Assembly (NCBI GenBank): GCA_009602725.1
Contig: WELB01000025.1
Location: 391,276 to 455,275, forward strand
From: Spirogloea muscicola
Taxonomy: Eukaryota
Length of the DNA: 64,000 bases
Direction: 5' to 3'
Position 1 is the first letter of the stretch, and each line of letters begins with the position of its first letter. Both the position numbers and the translations under genes were made by a program. Below, one piece after another: positions 48,045-59,200 of this stretch. The notes beneath the pieces were generated by a model that was not told where the DNA came from, made no database searches, and saw nothing but the letters and a program-made list of their open reading frames with translations.

Positions 48045-49320
48045 ACCTTGTCAGATATGCATGTGCTCACTCGGGGATGTCAGTGTCCCCTTTAGCCAGC
48101 TCATTACCCAGTTAACAGGACATTTGTAAGGCTAGAGTTGGCCTCCCTTTCAATGTCATGCGCACCGCGCGCCTTCTCTCAGTAGAATTGAGAAAAAGTG
48201 CGTCTGAGTCCTTAGCTGCAGCCTCTGGCCCTGGGGTTCAGGGTTGGCCAGAAAACCCGTGACCAGGAGCTCAGTTTCCTCGGACCTGCGGCTGCTTAGC
48301 AGGGCTACTGAGTGTGTCGTAGAAGAAAGTGCTCGCCCACAGAGAAGAGGGGCTGGCAAAGCCAGCCTAAAAAAGAATGGACAATGGTTTTGTAGCTGCT
48401 TCATCCCATGTGTGCCAGCTTTAGCGCTTTCCCCTTGGCCCCTTTGACCTTAGTTCATTCTCTGGGCTGGCCTCTCCCAGCCCCCCTCCCCCCTCCCTTC
48501 TGCCGTAGCCTCTTCAGGCCCCACAGTCGCTGCTTAGCTCGTAGTTTGGCCCCTTCGAACCTTGTCAATTCTTCTCGGGCTGGCTTCTCACAGCCCTTGC
48601 CTCCATTGGGAGAGCCACTTCTTCTCCCAGCCAACGCCCTCTCATGTGCCTCTTTCTTCTGGGTCTTGTCGCGGTGCCTCTTTTCCAGACCTTGTCCATG
48701 CCTTTGGGCGAGACTATAAGGACCACCCCCGGGGGCGACCACTTCTTCCCCAGTCAATCTGGCCGCGCTTGCTTTCTTCCCATGCGCCATGGACAAGTAC
48801 GGTGGCATGGAACGAAGTGGTCTTCCCTCCTCCATCGTCTGGCACAGCATGTCGATGCTCGCCGAGATAGTCGGGCGGGTAGCTTAGGGCATTCTAGCTA
48901 CCCGCAAGCCATCACTGCCTGCTATAGAATGCGGCTATTACTGAGTTTCACAGCGCTCCCAGGCACTCGCGATATACCAGCGTGCTGGGTGTGCATTAGG
49001 CCAGGGTAATGGTTGCCGTGGTGGTGGTCTGGCTCGTCAATTTAGCTTGTCAGATATGTATGTGCTCACTTGGGGATATTAGTTGCCCCCCTTAGCCAAC
49101 TCATCAGCCCGTTACCAGGACATTTGTAAGGCTAGAATTGGCCTGGCCTCTCTTTCAATTTCATACGCACCGCGCGCCTTCTCTCTTGGGCCTCGTTGTC
49201 TACCGAATGCGCACGTCCATTTCCTATCAGCGGTCCATGGCCCACGCCTTGCACCTGCGGGCTGGCCGTGCTCTCGCTGCAGCCTCTGGCTTTCGTCAGG
49301 GAGATTGTTTTCCGGCCGCT
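48045..49320. mobile_element. CRE-like fragments and bipartite derivatives, with stacked 3'-UTR modules
   Basis: 48045-48180 duplicates 49045-49190. YRMRTSISYQRSMAHALHLRAG at ~49200. Three GGCCCCTT...GGGCTGGC...CAGCC units at 48430-48630. Confidence 0.75.
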
Positions 49321-49599
49321 AGCCTTTCGGACTGTTCCAACTGATTTCTGATCATCCACCGTTACAATGGTTGCTGACTACTCAGAAATTAACAGGCAAA
49401 TTGGCACGATGGGCTTTTAAGCTGCAGGACTGTTAGTTCACTATCGACGTCGACCCGGCGTTCAGATCTGGATGAAGATGCTCTTAGCCGCAGTCCCACG
49501 CCAAGTCTATTTCTAATCAATCGGCTCATATGACAGTATTGCAAAGCAGGATTTCCACGACGACTTGCATACACATGGACATATTCAACCAATTGCTTC

Positions 49600-50640
49600 T
49601 CAGTGGCATGTGCTCTTGACATTCCTGATGACGCTCTCTTTTCAAAAGAGGTGTGGTTGGATGCTCCAGTTCTTCGATACTTGCAGACTGGTCTTTATCC
49701 TGCCGAGTCTACCTTAATGCAAAAGGATAGGTTCAAGCACAGGGCTAGACGCTATATGTTGAAAAACGACCAGGTATTCAGATAACATGAGGAGTATGGG
49801 AATCAGGTACTTCCACCGCCAATGTTACGTAAGCAACTTGTCCATTATGTACATGCAGACCATAGACATTGTAATGTGAAACGGATTATCAGCTTGTTGT
49901 CCACAAATTACTGGTGGTCTGGTTTGACTAATACGGTCAACTATGGATTGTCCCAATGTGAGAAATGTCATAGAATACTCAGCACATTCTCTCTTAAGTC
50001 ACCTGCATTACACCCTCTGCCTACACAAGGGTTACTTGACAGGTGGAGTCTGGATCTGGCCGGACCTCTAAAGAAGGCCGACGACCTTCCGTATATACTA
50101 GTTATGATCGAACACTTTCTTGGTACAAATGTTGTCTCGATTCAGAGCTCGTGTCGAAGTACTCCGTAATCAAGGGACGGAATACCAAGGTGATTTCAAA
50201 AGCTGCTAAACCAAAGCTTTATTGACCATCGCCTCACTTCTCGTGACCATCCACAAGCTGATGGACTAGCAGAACGTACGGTACAAACAATAAAGTGTAA
50301 TCTCACTAAATATGTAATTCGAAAAGGTATGGAAAGATGGGACAGATTCATATGTTGGCTATTTATGGGCTACAGGATGTCTAAGCAAGCTGCATTGTCT
50401 GCTTATAGTCCATACTTTTAATTGTACGGACGTCATCCTGCTACTCCCATCAGTATTGATGCAACTGTGACTCATATAGACAATCTGGATGATCCTGGAT
50501 GGAGGTTCATACGGAGCGCGGCAACCTATCTAAGGAAATGTGGCTGTCGCTCTGGACGACATACGTACCGCTCAACACAGGGTTATACGACATCATGCTG
50601 CACGTCGTAGTGGTGGATAAAAACCCATGCCACTAACAGG
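49600..50640 (+). pseudogene. Ty3/gypsy-type integrase fragment (AT-richer family, distinct from those on the left)
   Basis: LVHYVHADHRH...YWWSGL...CEKC (HHCC); WSLDLAGPL; HPQADGLAER. Confidence 0.88.
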
Positions 50641-50689
50641 CGCTGACAATTACTATATATATCTGAAGGTTAGACCACACCAGACCTGT

Positions 50690-51700
50690 CGACACTAACG
50701 ACCTTGTAGATAGGGGGCCCTGCAGCTGCCTCCAAAGTGTGCTGTGGTTTAACCTTAAGACATACATAGTCATTGACTGCAACTGCTGTGGCCTGGGCCT
50801 GTATCCACCACTACGAACTGCAGCATAACATTGTATATATCTCTGTGGTGAGCTATACATAGGTTGTCCAGAGCGATAGGCATATGTTTCTTGAACTGTT
50901 TGCCGCGCTCCGTACAAACCTTCGTCCACATGTTAGGATCATCCAGATCAACTACTTGAGTCAGAGTTGCACTTTTACTGATGGGAAATGCAGGATGACG
51001 TCAGCACAATAAGAAGTAAGGTCTATAAGCAGACAATGCAGTTTGCTTAGACATCCTATAGTAAGCCAAGGTAAGAGTCTGTCCCATCTTTCCTTACCTT
51101 TCTGAAGAGCATGTTTGGTGAGTCTACGCTTTATGGTTTGTACCATACGTTCTGCTAGTCCATCAGCTTGTGGTTATCACCTTGGGGTTTCGTCCCTTGA
51201 TCAGTGAATACTTCACCACAAGCTCCGAATCGAGACAACACCTGTACCAAGAAAGCATCGGCCACACAGGTGCTGGCCTTACCAGGGATGATGACCACTT
51301 CGACCCATTCAGAGCAATAATCGATCTATTTAGTACATATGGACGGTCGTCGCCCTTCTTTAGAGGTCTGGCCAAATCCAGACTCCACCTGTAAAATAAC
51401 TCTTGTGTAGGCAGAGGGTGTAATGCAGGTGACTCGAGAGAGAATGTGCTGCGTATTCTATTGCATTCGTCACATCGGGACAGTACATACCTGACCATAC
51501 TGGTCAAACCAGACCACCAATAATAACGTGTGGACAACAAGCTAATGGTGCATCTCACACCATAGTGTCCAAGGTCTGCATGAACATCATGGACAAGTTG
51601 CTTACGTAAAATTGGCAGTGGAACTACCTGATTCCCATACTCCTCATGTGGTCTGAATACCTGGTCAACTTTCCAGATACAGCGTCTATCCCTGACATCA
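50690..51700 (-). pseudogene. Second integrase fragment of the same family, inverted
   Basis: LVHDVHADLGHYG...YWWSGL...CDEC; FYRWSLDLARPL; DGLAERMVQTIK. Confidence 0.88.
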
Positions 51701-51960
51701 GATTCACCAGCTGTGCCCTTAACATCAGAGAATTGCAACTACCATTCCATGTGTTGTTCTGTATTATGCAGTCTTACCAGAATATCGCAAGCTTCCTTCT
51801 ACAATTTCTTTGGGTTTGGCTCTGCCCATCACGAGGAGGCTGATGTGTAGACTGCTTCTGTGCTATTCCAACTCATCGATTTTATCTGGGAGCCGACATC
51901 ATATGGCATGACAAGGTCCAAAGATCCGGTAGGTGCTAAAGCACACCGCTATGCAAGTGA

Positions 51961-54900
51961 CTACAGCGGATTGGAGCTCAGTAACACCGACTCAAAAGCC
52001 GCAATTCCGGAGTCCTTTGCAGCTAGAAACGAGTCACCCCGACGAAACTCAGGAGTAGCAGCCAGACCTGCTTGCAAGTGCACTGCGTGAGCTTGGGAAC
52101 ATTGCAAGGAGATGGAGAGCTGCATGCTGAATACCTGGGCAAGCGACCTGGCAGCGTCATAGCAGCGTAGCTCACCTCGCTGTCCCTGCCGATGACTGAT
52201 GGCCCGCCGTGCAAGCCGCTGCAGGAGGTCCAGCCAACGCCTGCCAAACGCCCCGTGCACATCCATCACCAGCGCCGCAAGCTCATCGCCGGCTGGGTGA
52301 TCCGCATGGTCTGAGCTTTTTTCCACTAGCAGCCTTGCCAACCGCGTGGCCTGTGTCCGGTGCGAATTCAATGGGGTTGGCGGAGTCAACAGAGTCGGTA
52401 GTCACCCACATCCATTATGATGCTAGGACCCCCTCCAGGCGGGATGGCGACGAGGTCAGCGCGCCGTGTATAGAGACGACCGTCAGCCCCCAGCTGAATG
52501 GGCATGACAGACGTGTTTTCCAAGACCATGGTGTAGCCGGCCTCCAGGAACACGCCAAACATGCCATCTCACAGGAGGTTGTAAGACCCAGTATGCTTTC
52601 CCCCATTTGCAAAGTGAAGCATGTGCGCAGCCAACTCCGTAATGTCGGCGTTGCGTGCTCCGCACTAGCACTGCACCACACTAGCGAGGCAGGGCAGGTG
52701 AAGGCCCAGGAGCTGGTGAACAGCCGTCCGAAAGACAGCGTCCGGCATGGTCAGCGCAACGTCGATGGGGAGCGCTGTAAACCACGCCGCCCGGGGGAGG
52801 AAGCCGACAAGAGCCAGGCACGCTCACAAAGGTCGTCTAGGGGAAGGAGTGCCACAGCCTGCTCAAAAGCCGCCTTCTCGAACGACACTGCGTATCGCGC
52901 CTGAGCACAAAGGTCGGGGTGTGGGCGTGGTTTGCGAATGGGATCGGCTGCTGCACCAGATTGGGACGGGCCGCCAGCAGCACATCACAGCTGAGCAAAG
53001 GGCCGCCTGGGAAGGCGGCGGGCTGGTCTCCGCATCAGCTGGCGCCTGTTCCAGGGCGCCACAGCCGTGCCTGATGTAGAGCTGGGACAGGAGAGCAGCG
53101 ACCTGCGGCCAGCTACCCAAGTATGCCACCTCGCTGTAGCGGGCAAGAGGGCGGCAGCCTAAGCTGCCACGGCTGACTGGCAGGGAAGCCTGCTGCAGAG
53201 CGGCTGGTGTGTGTCGGAAGGCCAGGTGCTGACGAGAATTGCCGCGCTTGCCAGGATGTCGGCATCGACGGACGTGTACGCCGACTTCGCTGCTGGCGAG
53301 GGAGGAAGGGCCCGGACCAGGTACTAAGGCTGCTGTGCAATGCACCTTGTGAGCATGGCGAGCAGCAGCTTCGTGTCCTGCAGCTGCTGGATACAGTCCG
53401 ACGGCCGGGGGTGTTCCTGCAGCCGAGCCAGCAGCTGTTCCACCACAAGCGCTGGTGCGCCTAAGGGGAACCCAAGGAGTGTGAGGCCCCCTGCAAGTTT
53501 CAGACAGCCGGAGGGCACTCGCTCAGGGGGTGCGGCAGGCCCTGTGTGGACCAGGCACTGCACTTCTCAGCGCGGACGGACAAATGGATCTCTCCCAGCT
53601 GCCCTGCAGGGTAGTGAAGGTGGACATGACCGCGTCTGGAAGGCCCACCAGCGTGGTGTCGTTGGCGTGGGTGGGCACAAGAACGCTAGGGTGTGCTGCG
53701 GCCATTGCCTGCAGAGCGCGCTTGTGAGCCAGCACGTACTACCAACCTGCCTGCGGATCCCCTTGCCTCGTGCCCGTGGCAGTCTGAAGGATCTCCACCA
53801 ACCCCTCCCCGTCCTCCATAGCAAGTTGCTAGGCTGAACGTAGCTAAGCCGGAAGATGGGCAGGAGGCTTGGGAAAGCCTCTCTCAGCTCCTCATTGATG
53901 AGCGTCCCCTTTGAACGCGTCTCGACAGACATCCACCGCAACGACTGTCCACCCTGGGTGCAGGTCGAGGGTGGCCCACACTCCATCCATGACTACCTCG
54001 CTGCCGCTCCGCAGGCCTGCACCGTACTGGTGAGGCGCCGTGGTCATGGGCCTGCCCAGCGTGCTGCTACCACAGGATGCGGCCCACTAGGCTTTATAGC
54101 ACCTCCTCAAAGGCCAGTTGGCCGGACTCCCTCGTTCGCCTTGCTGAGGGCGAGCAATGTGCTGGTGCAAAGCACACCGCGGATGCTGGCCGGAACATCG
54201 TCTTGCACGATGTGCTGGCACAACTGCTGCAGCACCCGCAAATCCTCCTTGTCCCCCCCAGAACGAGCTCTTGCAGATGCTCCATCAGCATGTGTGAGGG
54301 GCCGCCTGCAGCTGCGCGGCGGCTGCTCCGCGGGGCCTTGTGGAGGGCGCCGGCGTCCATGATCACCTCCTCCTGTGGCGCGAAGGTGGCCAACCACGAG
54401 GGCAGGGAAGAGCAAGCCGAGGGGTGGAGGGTCTCAAGGGCCTGCCTGGTCTCCCCATTAGTCATCGGCAACACCAAATCGTCCAATGCCTTCACGGCTC
54501 TTGAGAGCTCGCCTGCGTGGCCATAGTGGAGAGTGCGGCAAGCACTTAGGTGCCCTTTTGGCGTTGTCACCGACCGTGAGGAACTGCGGTTGGCTGCTGA
54601 CTCGGCCACTGGTGCATCATGCTGCGCCAGGAGCTCCGCCCACTGCCCACTCACTGAGAGAAAAGATGAGCTCCAAGAGGGGCTGGTTGCCCTGACTGTG
54701 GCCCGCGTGAGTTGTGCGCCCAAGCAACAAGCGGGAGACAGGATGAAGAGCTTCCACGACGCCTCGTCGCGGACGAAATCAGCCACAATAATCTGCATTA
54801 GGAAGCGGAGGGCTCTACAAAGGTGCGGGCGCGCTCAACAGGGCACATGTGGAAGGAGCAGGAGGGCTGCCTGTCTGTGGGCCGCGGCCAGGTCTAGGTC

Positions 54901-55875
54901 CGCGACCCACTGCAATGATGAGGATCGGGCGGGGCTGGCCTGAGGGACTTGCTTGCCGGCCTGGGCCGCCGCGGCTGCCGCCGGCTGCAGCTGCATTCCG
55001 TGTATGCACCGCACGTTTGTCTCGCCGCCTGCAGGCACGCTCGTGCTGAATCAAACCACGACGCGGCCTTTGTAGGGCCGCTGGCCGTGTTGACAAGGTA
55101 GAGGCTCAGCCGCTTGGGAAGGAGGCGAGAGCAGTGAAGGTGGCGGTCGAAGGCGAAGGTGGACGCAGGGGCGGCAGCGGCTGGGAGGGCGGCGGCTGCG
55201 TTGGCGGGGGCGGCGGACGTGGCAATGGGGGCGACGGCATGGACGGCCTTGGGGGGGGCGACAATGGTAGCGGAGGCGGTGGGGGCAGCGGCGACGATGG
55301 TGGTACCGAAGGGGGCGATGATGACGGCTGAGGCGAAAGCGGAGGCGGCGGTGGAGGGGGCAGCACGGGTGATGGGAGGGAGGCCGCACTGGCGGTGCGA
55401 AGGTGGAGGTGTTGAAGGCGGCAGCGTAGTCTGGGAGTGAGGAGGTGGGGGAGGTGGCAATTGCGATGGCAGCGATCGGGAAGGCAACGGGGTCGGAGGA
55501 GGGGCGGGCAGCGGTGGTGGCGGCGGCGGCGGAGTGGAGAGCGGCAGTGCAGCGGGTGTCCGTGGTTGGAGCGGCCGTGGGCTCGCTGTGAGCGCGTCCT
55601 GGCGAGCGAGCAAAGCATCCGGGTACTCTGGGCTCCGGCTCCGCCGGCGGCGCCGGAGCGTCACAGGCGAGTCGGCAGGGGCATCAGAGTTGGCCGGGTG
55701 TGAAGCAGCGCTGGCAGGGGCGATGATGGCGGCCGATGCAGCGGCCGTGAAGACTGCGGCGCCCGCTGCGGCCGCCGCAGTCTTCACGGCCGCTGCATCG
55801 GCCGCAGCGGGCGCCGCCGCGCGCAGGCTCGCGTGCGCACGGACAGGTCACGGCGGCTGTCCAAGTCCATTCCAC
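51961..55875 (-). mobile_element. Near full-length decayed CRE-clade non-LTR retrotransposon (zinc finger, RT, restriction-like endonuclease)
   Basis: Ala/Pro-rich N-terminus; finger remnant CQHGQRPYKG/RRGLIQHERAC; GELSRAVKAL...LETLHP; AAGGPS; LLALSKANEGVRP; GTRQGDP; THAND in place of YxDD; LLGFPLG; QASLPVSRGSLG; C*CG...H; RRADLV...MDV; DVHGAFG; LSISLQCSQA. Many frameshifts and stops. Confidence 0.88.
55729..55805. repeat. Perfect 33-bp hairpin with 11-nt loop
   Basis: GCGGCCGATGCAGCGGCCGTGAAGACTGCGGCG (55729-55761) is the exact reverse complement of 55773-55805. Confidence 0.95.
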
Positions 55876-55889
55876 TTGTGCAAGCTCTA

Positions 55890-56070
55890 GCGCGCTTCCA
55901 GTGGCCCCTTCGAAATTTCCGCTGGCCTTTCCCAGCCCTTCGTAGCTGCTCAGCGCTTTTTAGGCCCCTCCATCATTTGGCCCCTTCGAAACCTTTGTCA
56001 ATTCTTTTTCGGGCTGGCTTTACACAGCCCTTGCCCCCATTGGGAGTGCCACTTTCCCAGCCCCTATCCA
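55890..56070 (+). repeat. Stacked CRE 3'-UTR modules
   Basis: GGCCCCTTCGAAA...GCTGGC.TT..C.CAGCCCTT repeated. Similar to 48430-48630 and to the reverse complement of 19560-19680. Confidence 0.8.
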
Positions 56071-56274
56071 CCATGGCCGCCGAGCACTTTCTTGCTTCTT
56101 GGAAGTCGCTTCCCGTGCGGAGTAGGAGCGAGAAAGCGGCTGCTGACACCAACGACGAAAGCAGACGGGCGGCGGACGCTCGCCGGCAGCAAAGCCAGTG
56201 AAGCCCGCGGCGGCGCCTCACGACCAGCCCCCACGCCTGGCTCGGCCCCCTCGCTGCCGGGCCTCCCGGCAGCC

Positions 56275-59200
56275 ATGGCCCGGCGCGGACGCGGCCCGCT
56301 CCGCTCCCCGCCCAGCCCCTCCTCGCCCCCACCTACCGACCCGGCCGGGGCCTCTCTGCTGCAGCTGGCCCACTGCTCCTTCGACGCCCGACTCGCGTCC
56401 GCCGACACAGCTCTTGCCAAGGACGCAACATCCGCCGCTCAGCTGTGGCTGCCGCCCTCCGACATGGTCGCCCACAACCTTGCAGCAGGGGCTGCTGTGG
56501 CGGTCAGCTCCAAGCTCGGCCTGCTCGCTTCTCGCAGCACCTTGGTGTTGCATGCACTGAGTTGGTGCTCTACGACAGTGGCCGAAGCTCTCTAGGACGA
56601 TAACGCTGCCTAAGTCTGCTGCCTGCCATCCCAAGGGCTTCGTTCCGCCTTGTTGCGAGCAGGTTGCTGTCTGTTGTGGAGAATCGGTCGAAGCGCTCAT
56701 TGACCTCCCAAAAGCATCGGCTTCAAAGTTTGGGTTGAAGCCCGACGATAGCAGCGAGGACCTGATTGGCGCATTTCTAGTCGTCGCCGCAGCTTGGCCA
56801 TCGCCAAAGGTCTGTCTCATATCCCCGCAAGAAGTTGCAATGCCAGTTCCAAGGACATCAGTCCAGCTCTTATTCCTGCTCCTGCCCGATAGGAGCAGTT
56901 GCAGGGGACTCTGGGATACAACAGCACAGTCGAGAGGCTTCGTAAGGACTTGCGATTCTGATCTCAGGGACATCAGTCCAGCTCTGTCTCCCTTGTGTCC
57001 CTGCTCCTGCACGATAGGAGCAGTTGCACGGGACTCTGAGAGTCAAGTGCACAGTCGAGAGGCACCATATAGTGTACATGAGGTGGAAGTCACGAGCCAG
57101 CTCTGATTTTAACGCCAATTGCCTCTGCAGCTCCGCAAAAGCTGTGTGCGGCTCTCCCTGCAGTTACACCAGAGCCTGGCTCACCCAGATTTGGGTTCCT
57201 TGCTCCGAGTCTTCCCCCTGGCACAAGGAACAAGCACTCCAAGTTCTTCCCATGGCATGCCCTGGCTGACGGGCACACCACGTAAGTGCCACAAGCTCGC
57301 CCTTCGCTGGCGCGTTCCGCTCCAGCTGACCTCAATGGCCACTCCTCCATCTGGGATCAAAGGCTCCCAGATCTCCTTCGAAACTCCGCGCAGCAGCTCA
57401 GAGATGACAGCCAGTTCCGTCACCCCTGAAGTTGCCGCTAGTCCAGCAACGCCCTCCATGGTGCCAACATCTTCCGTGCTGTCAAAGAGCAGCAGTGACG
57501 GCAAGGCCAGTACTCCGAAGAAGGAACAACAGGCAGCTCTCAGAACCCCTAGCGCAGAATCTCAAGGCTTTGCTACTGGAATCAGCAGGAAGCACCACTG
57601 GGACGCCATTTTGACCTTGATGAGTCAGGGGCTTGAGAAACAGAGAGCACTCTTAGAGCTCTTTGTGCTTCGACACCTCAACAGCCGCTCTCTCATTCTT
57701 GGCAATCAGGTTGTCATCTCCCTCTGTGGCATGGACTGCATCTTTGAGGTTGTGAAGCTACATGCTGCAGATTGTACACCAGGGCCTCAAGCAAGTAACA
57801 CGGAGGTGTCCAGTCAAGACTTGAGCCCAACGAAAGGCTCATCTGCAGGAAAGCTTGAAGGCGAGCAGAGAGTGCTGTCGTTGTTTAGAGTAGAGCATTC
57901 TACGGTGTTGACTCTGCAGGAGGAGAAAGCAGAGAGGGTTGCTGAGGAGGATGACTTGGTTTTTAGCAAAGAATTAGAATCAGATATGGGTTCAAATCTT
58001 AGCAACTTAGGAACTGGTACTATAGCCAAGCCTCCCAAAGTGCCCACAGCTTCATACTCATCACTTGGAGGGCTCTCAGCACAAATATCAGCTCTGAAGG
58101 AGCTCGTGGGTCTTCCTTTGCAGCAGCCTCAGCTATTCGCAAAGTAAGGTTTCATTGGAGCAAATTACAGAGGGAATGACACAGATGTTGCATGCATGTA
58201 CTTGCAGCACCAGCTTTGAGCGTTCAAAGCAAGGTGACCTCTTTTGGCGTCTTCTTAGGCGTATACCTCCTTACCTCATCAAGCACAGCAACCACGAGCT
58301 CTGGATAGGAAAAGGTTGTGCTTGTGAAGCCAAGCCATTTGCATGTCATTTTTGTACAAGCGGCCCCTGACTTGGCAGAACTGATGACCATTTCCGATGG
58401 TATTTGCTCTAGGTATGGTCTGAAGCCTCCAAAGGGCGTACTGCTGTATGGACCTCCAGGCACTGGCAAGTCTTCCCTTGCCTATGCTGCAGCATTGGAA
58501 GCTGGCGCATCGTTGTTTGTCATAAATGGGCCCGAGGTTATTAGCGAATTTTATGGAGAGAGTGAGCAGGCACTGAAGGCTGTATTCCAAGCTGCTGAGC
58601 TTGCAGCTCCTTCTGTGGTATGTCATGACTTGCACATACCACACCTGTTTGTTACTTGCTCAGATAAGCCATTATTTTGAGCTTAGACAAGATTCCGTTT
58701 CAGTTGCACTGTGATCCTATGAGGTTGCCATGTTACTGAAGAGCCTCTCTGGATGTGCTTCAATGATGCTCCAGTAAGTCTGACATCTCTGTGGCCTTGC
58801 ATTTCATTGCCAGGTATTTATTGACGAGATTGATGCTATTGCGCCAGCTCGGGGGGAGCAGACAGAGGAGCTCATGCAGCGAATGGTTGCAGCTTTGCTG
58901 ACAATCATGGATGGTGGAGGGCCTAGTTTAGATCGTGTTGTGGTCCTCGCTGCAACCAATCGCAGAGAGTCATTAGACTCTGCCCTGCGGCGCCCAGGAC
59001 GCTTTGATCGGGAGCTGGAAATAGGTACACAGGCCTGGCGGCCCAGACTCTTTGTCTTTGCCATCCACTAGTACATCTTGTTGGGCACTTCATGTTTTGC
59101 AACGAGTGTACTTGGACATGCCTGGACATCAACCCACGCAAGTGCAAGTACATGGGTCAAATGGGGGCCATGTTTGTTTGCAGACCAACTGTACTGTGTA

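Noticed and set aside
53567..54798. Bacterial retron, group II intron or DGR reverse transcriptase
   Set aside because: Motifs and the downstream CCHC-like region and endonuclease fit a eukaryotic CRE-clade LINE. No msr/msd, intron domain V or template/variable repeat pair was seen.
54894..55787. Extensin-like Pro/Ala-rich host gene
   Set aside because: Contiguous and co-oriented with the zinc finger and RT of the CRE element, so better read as its low-complexity N-terminus.
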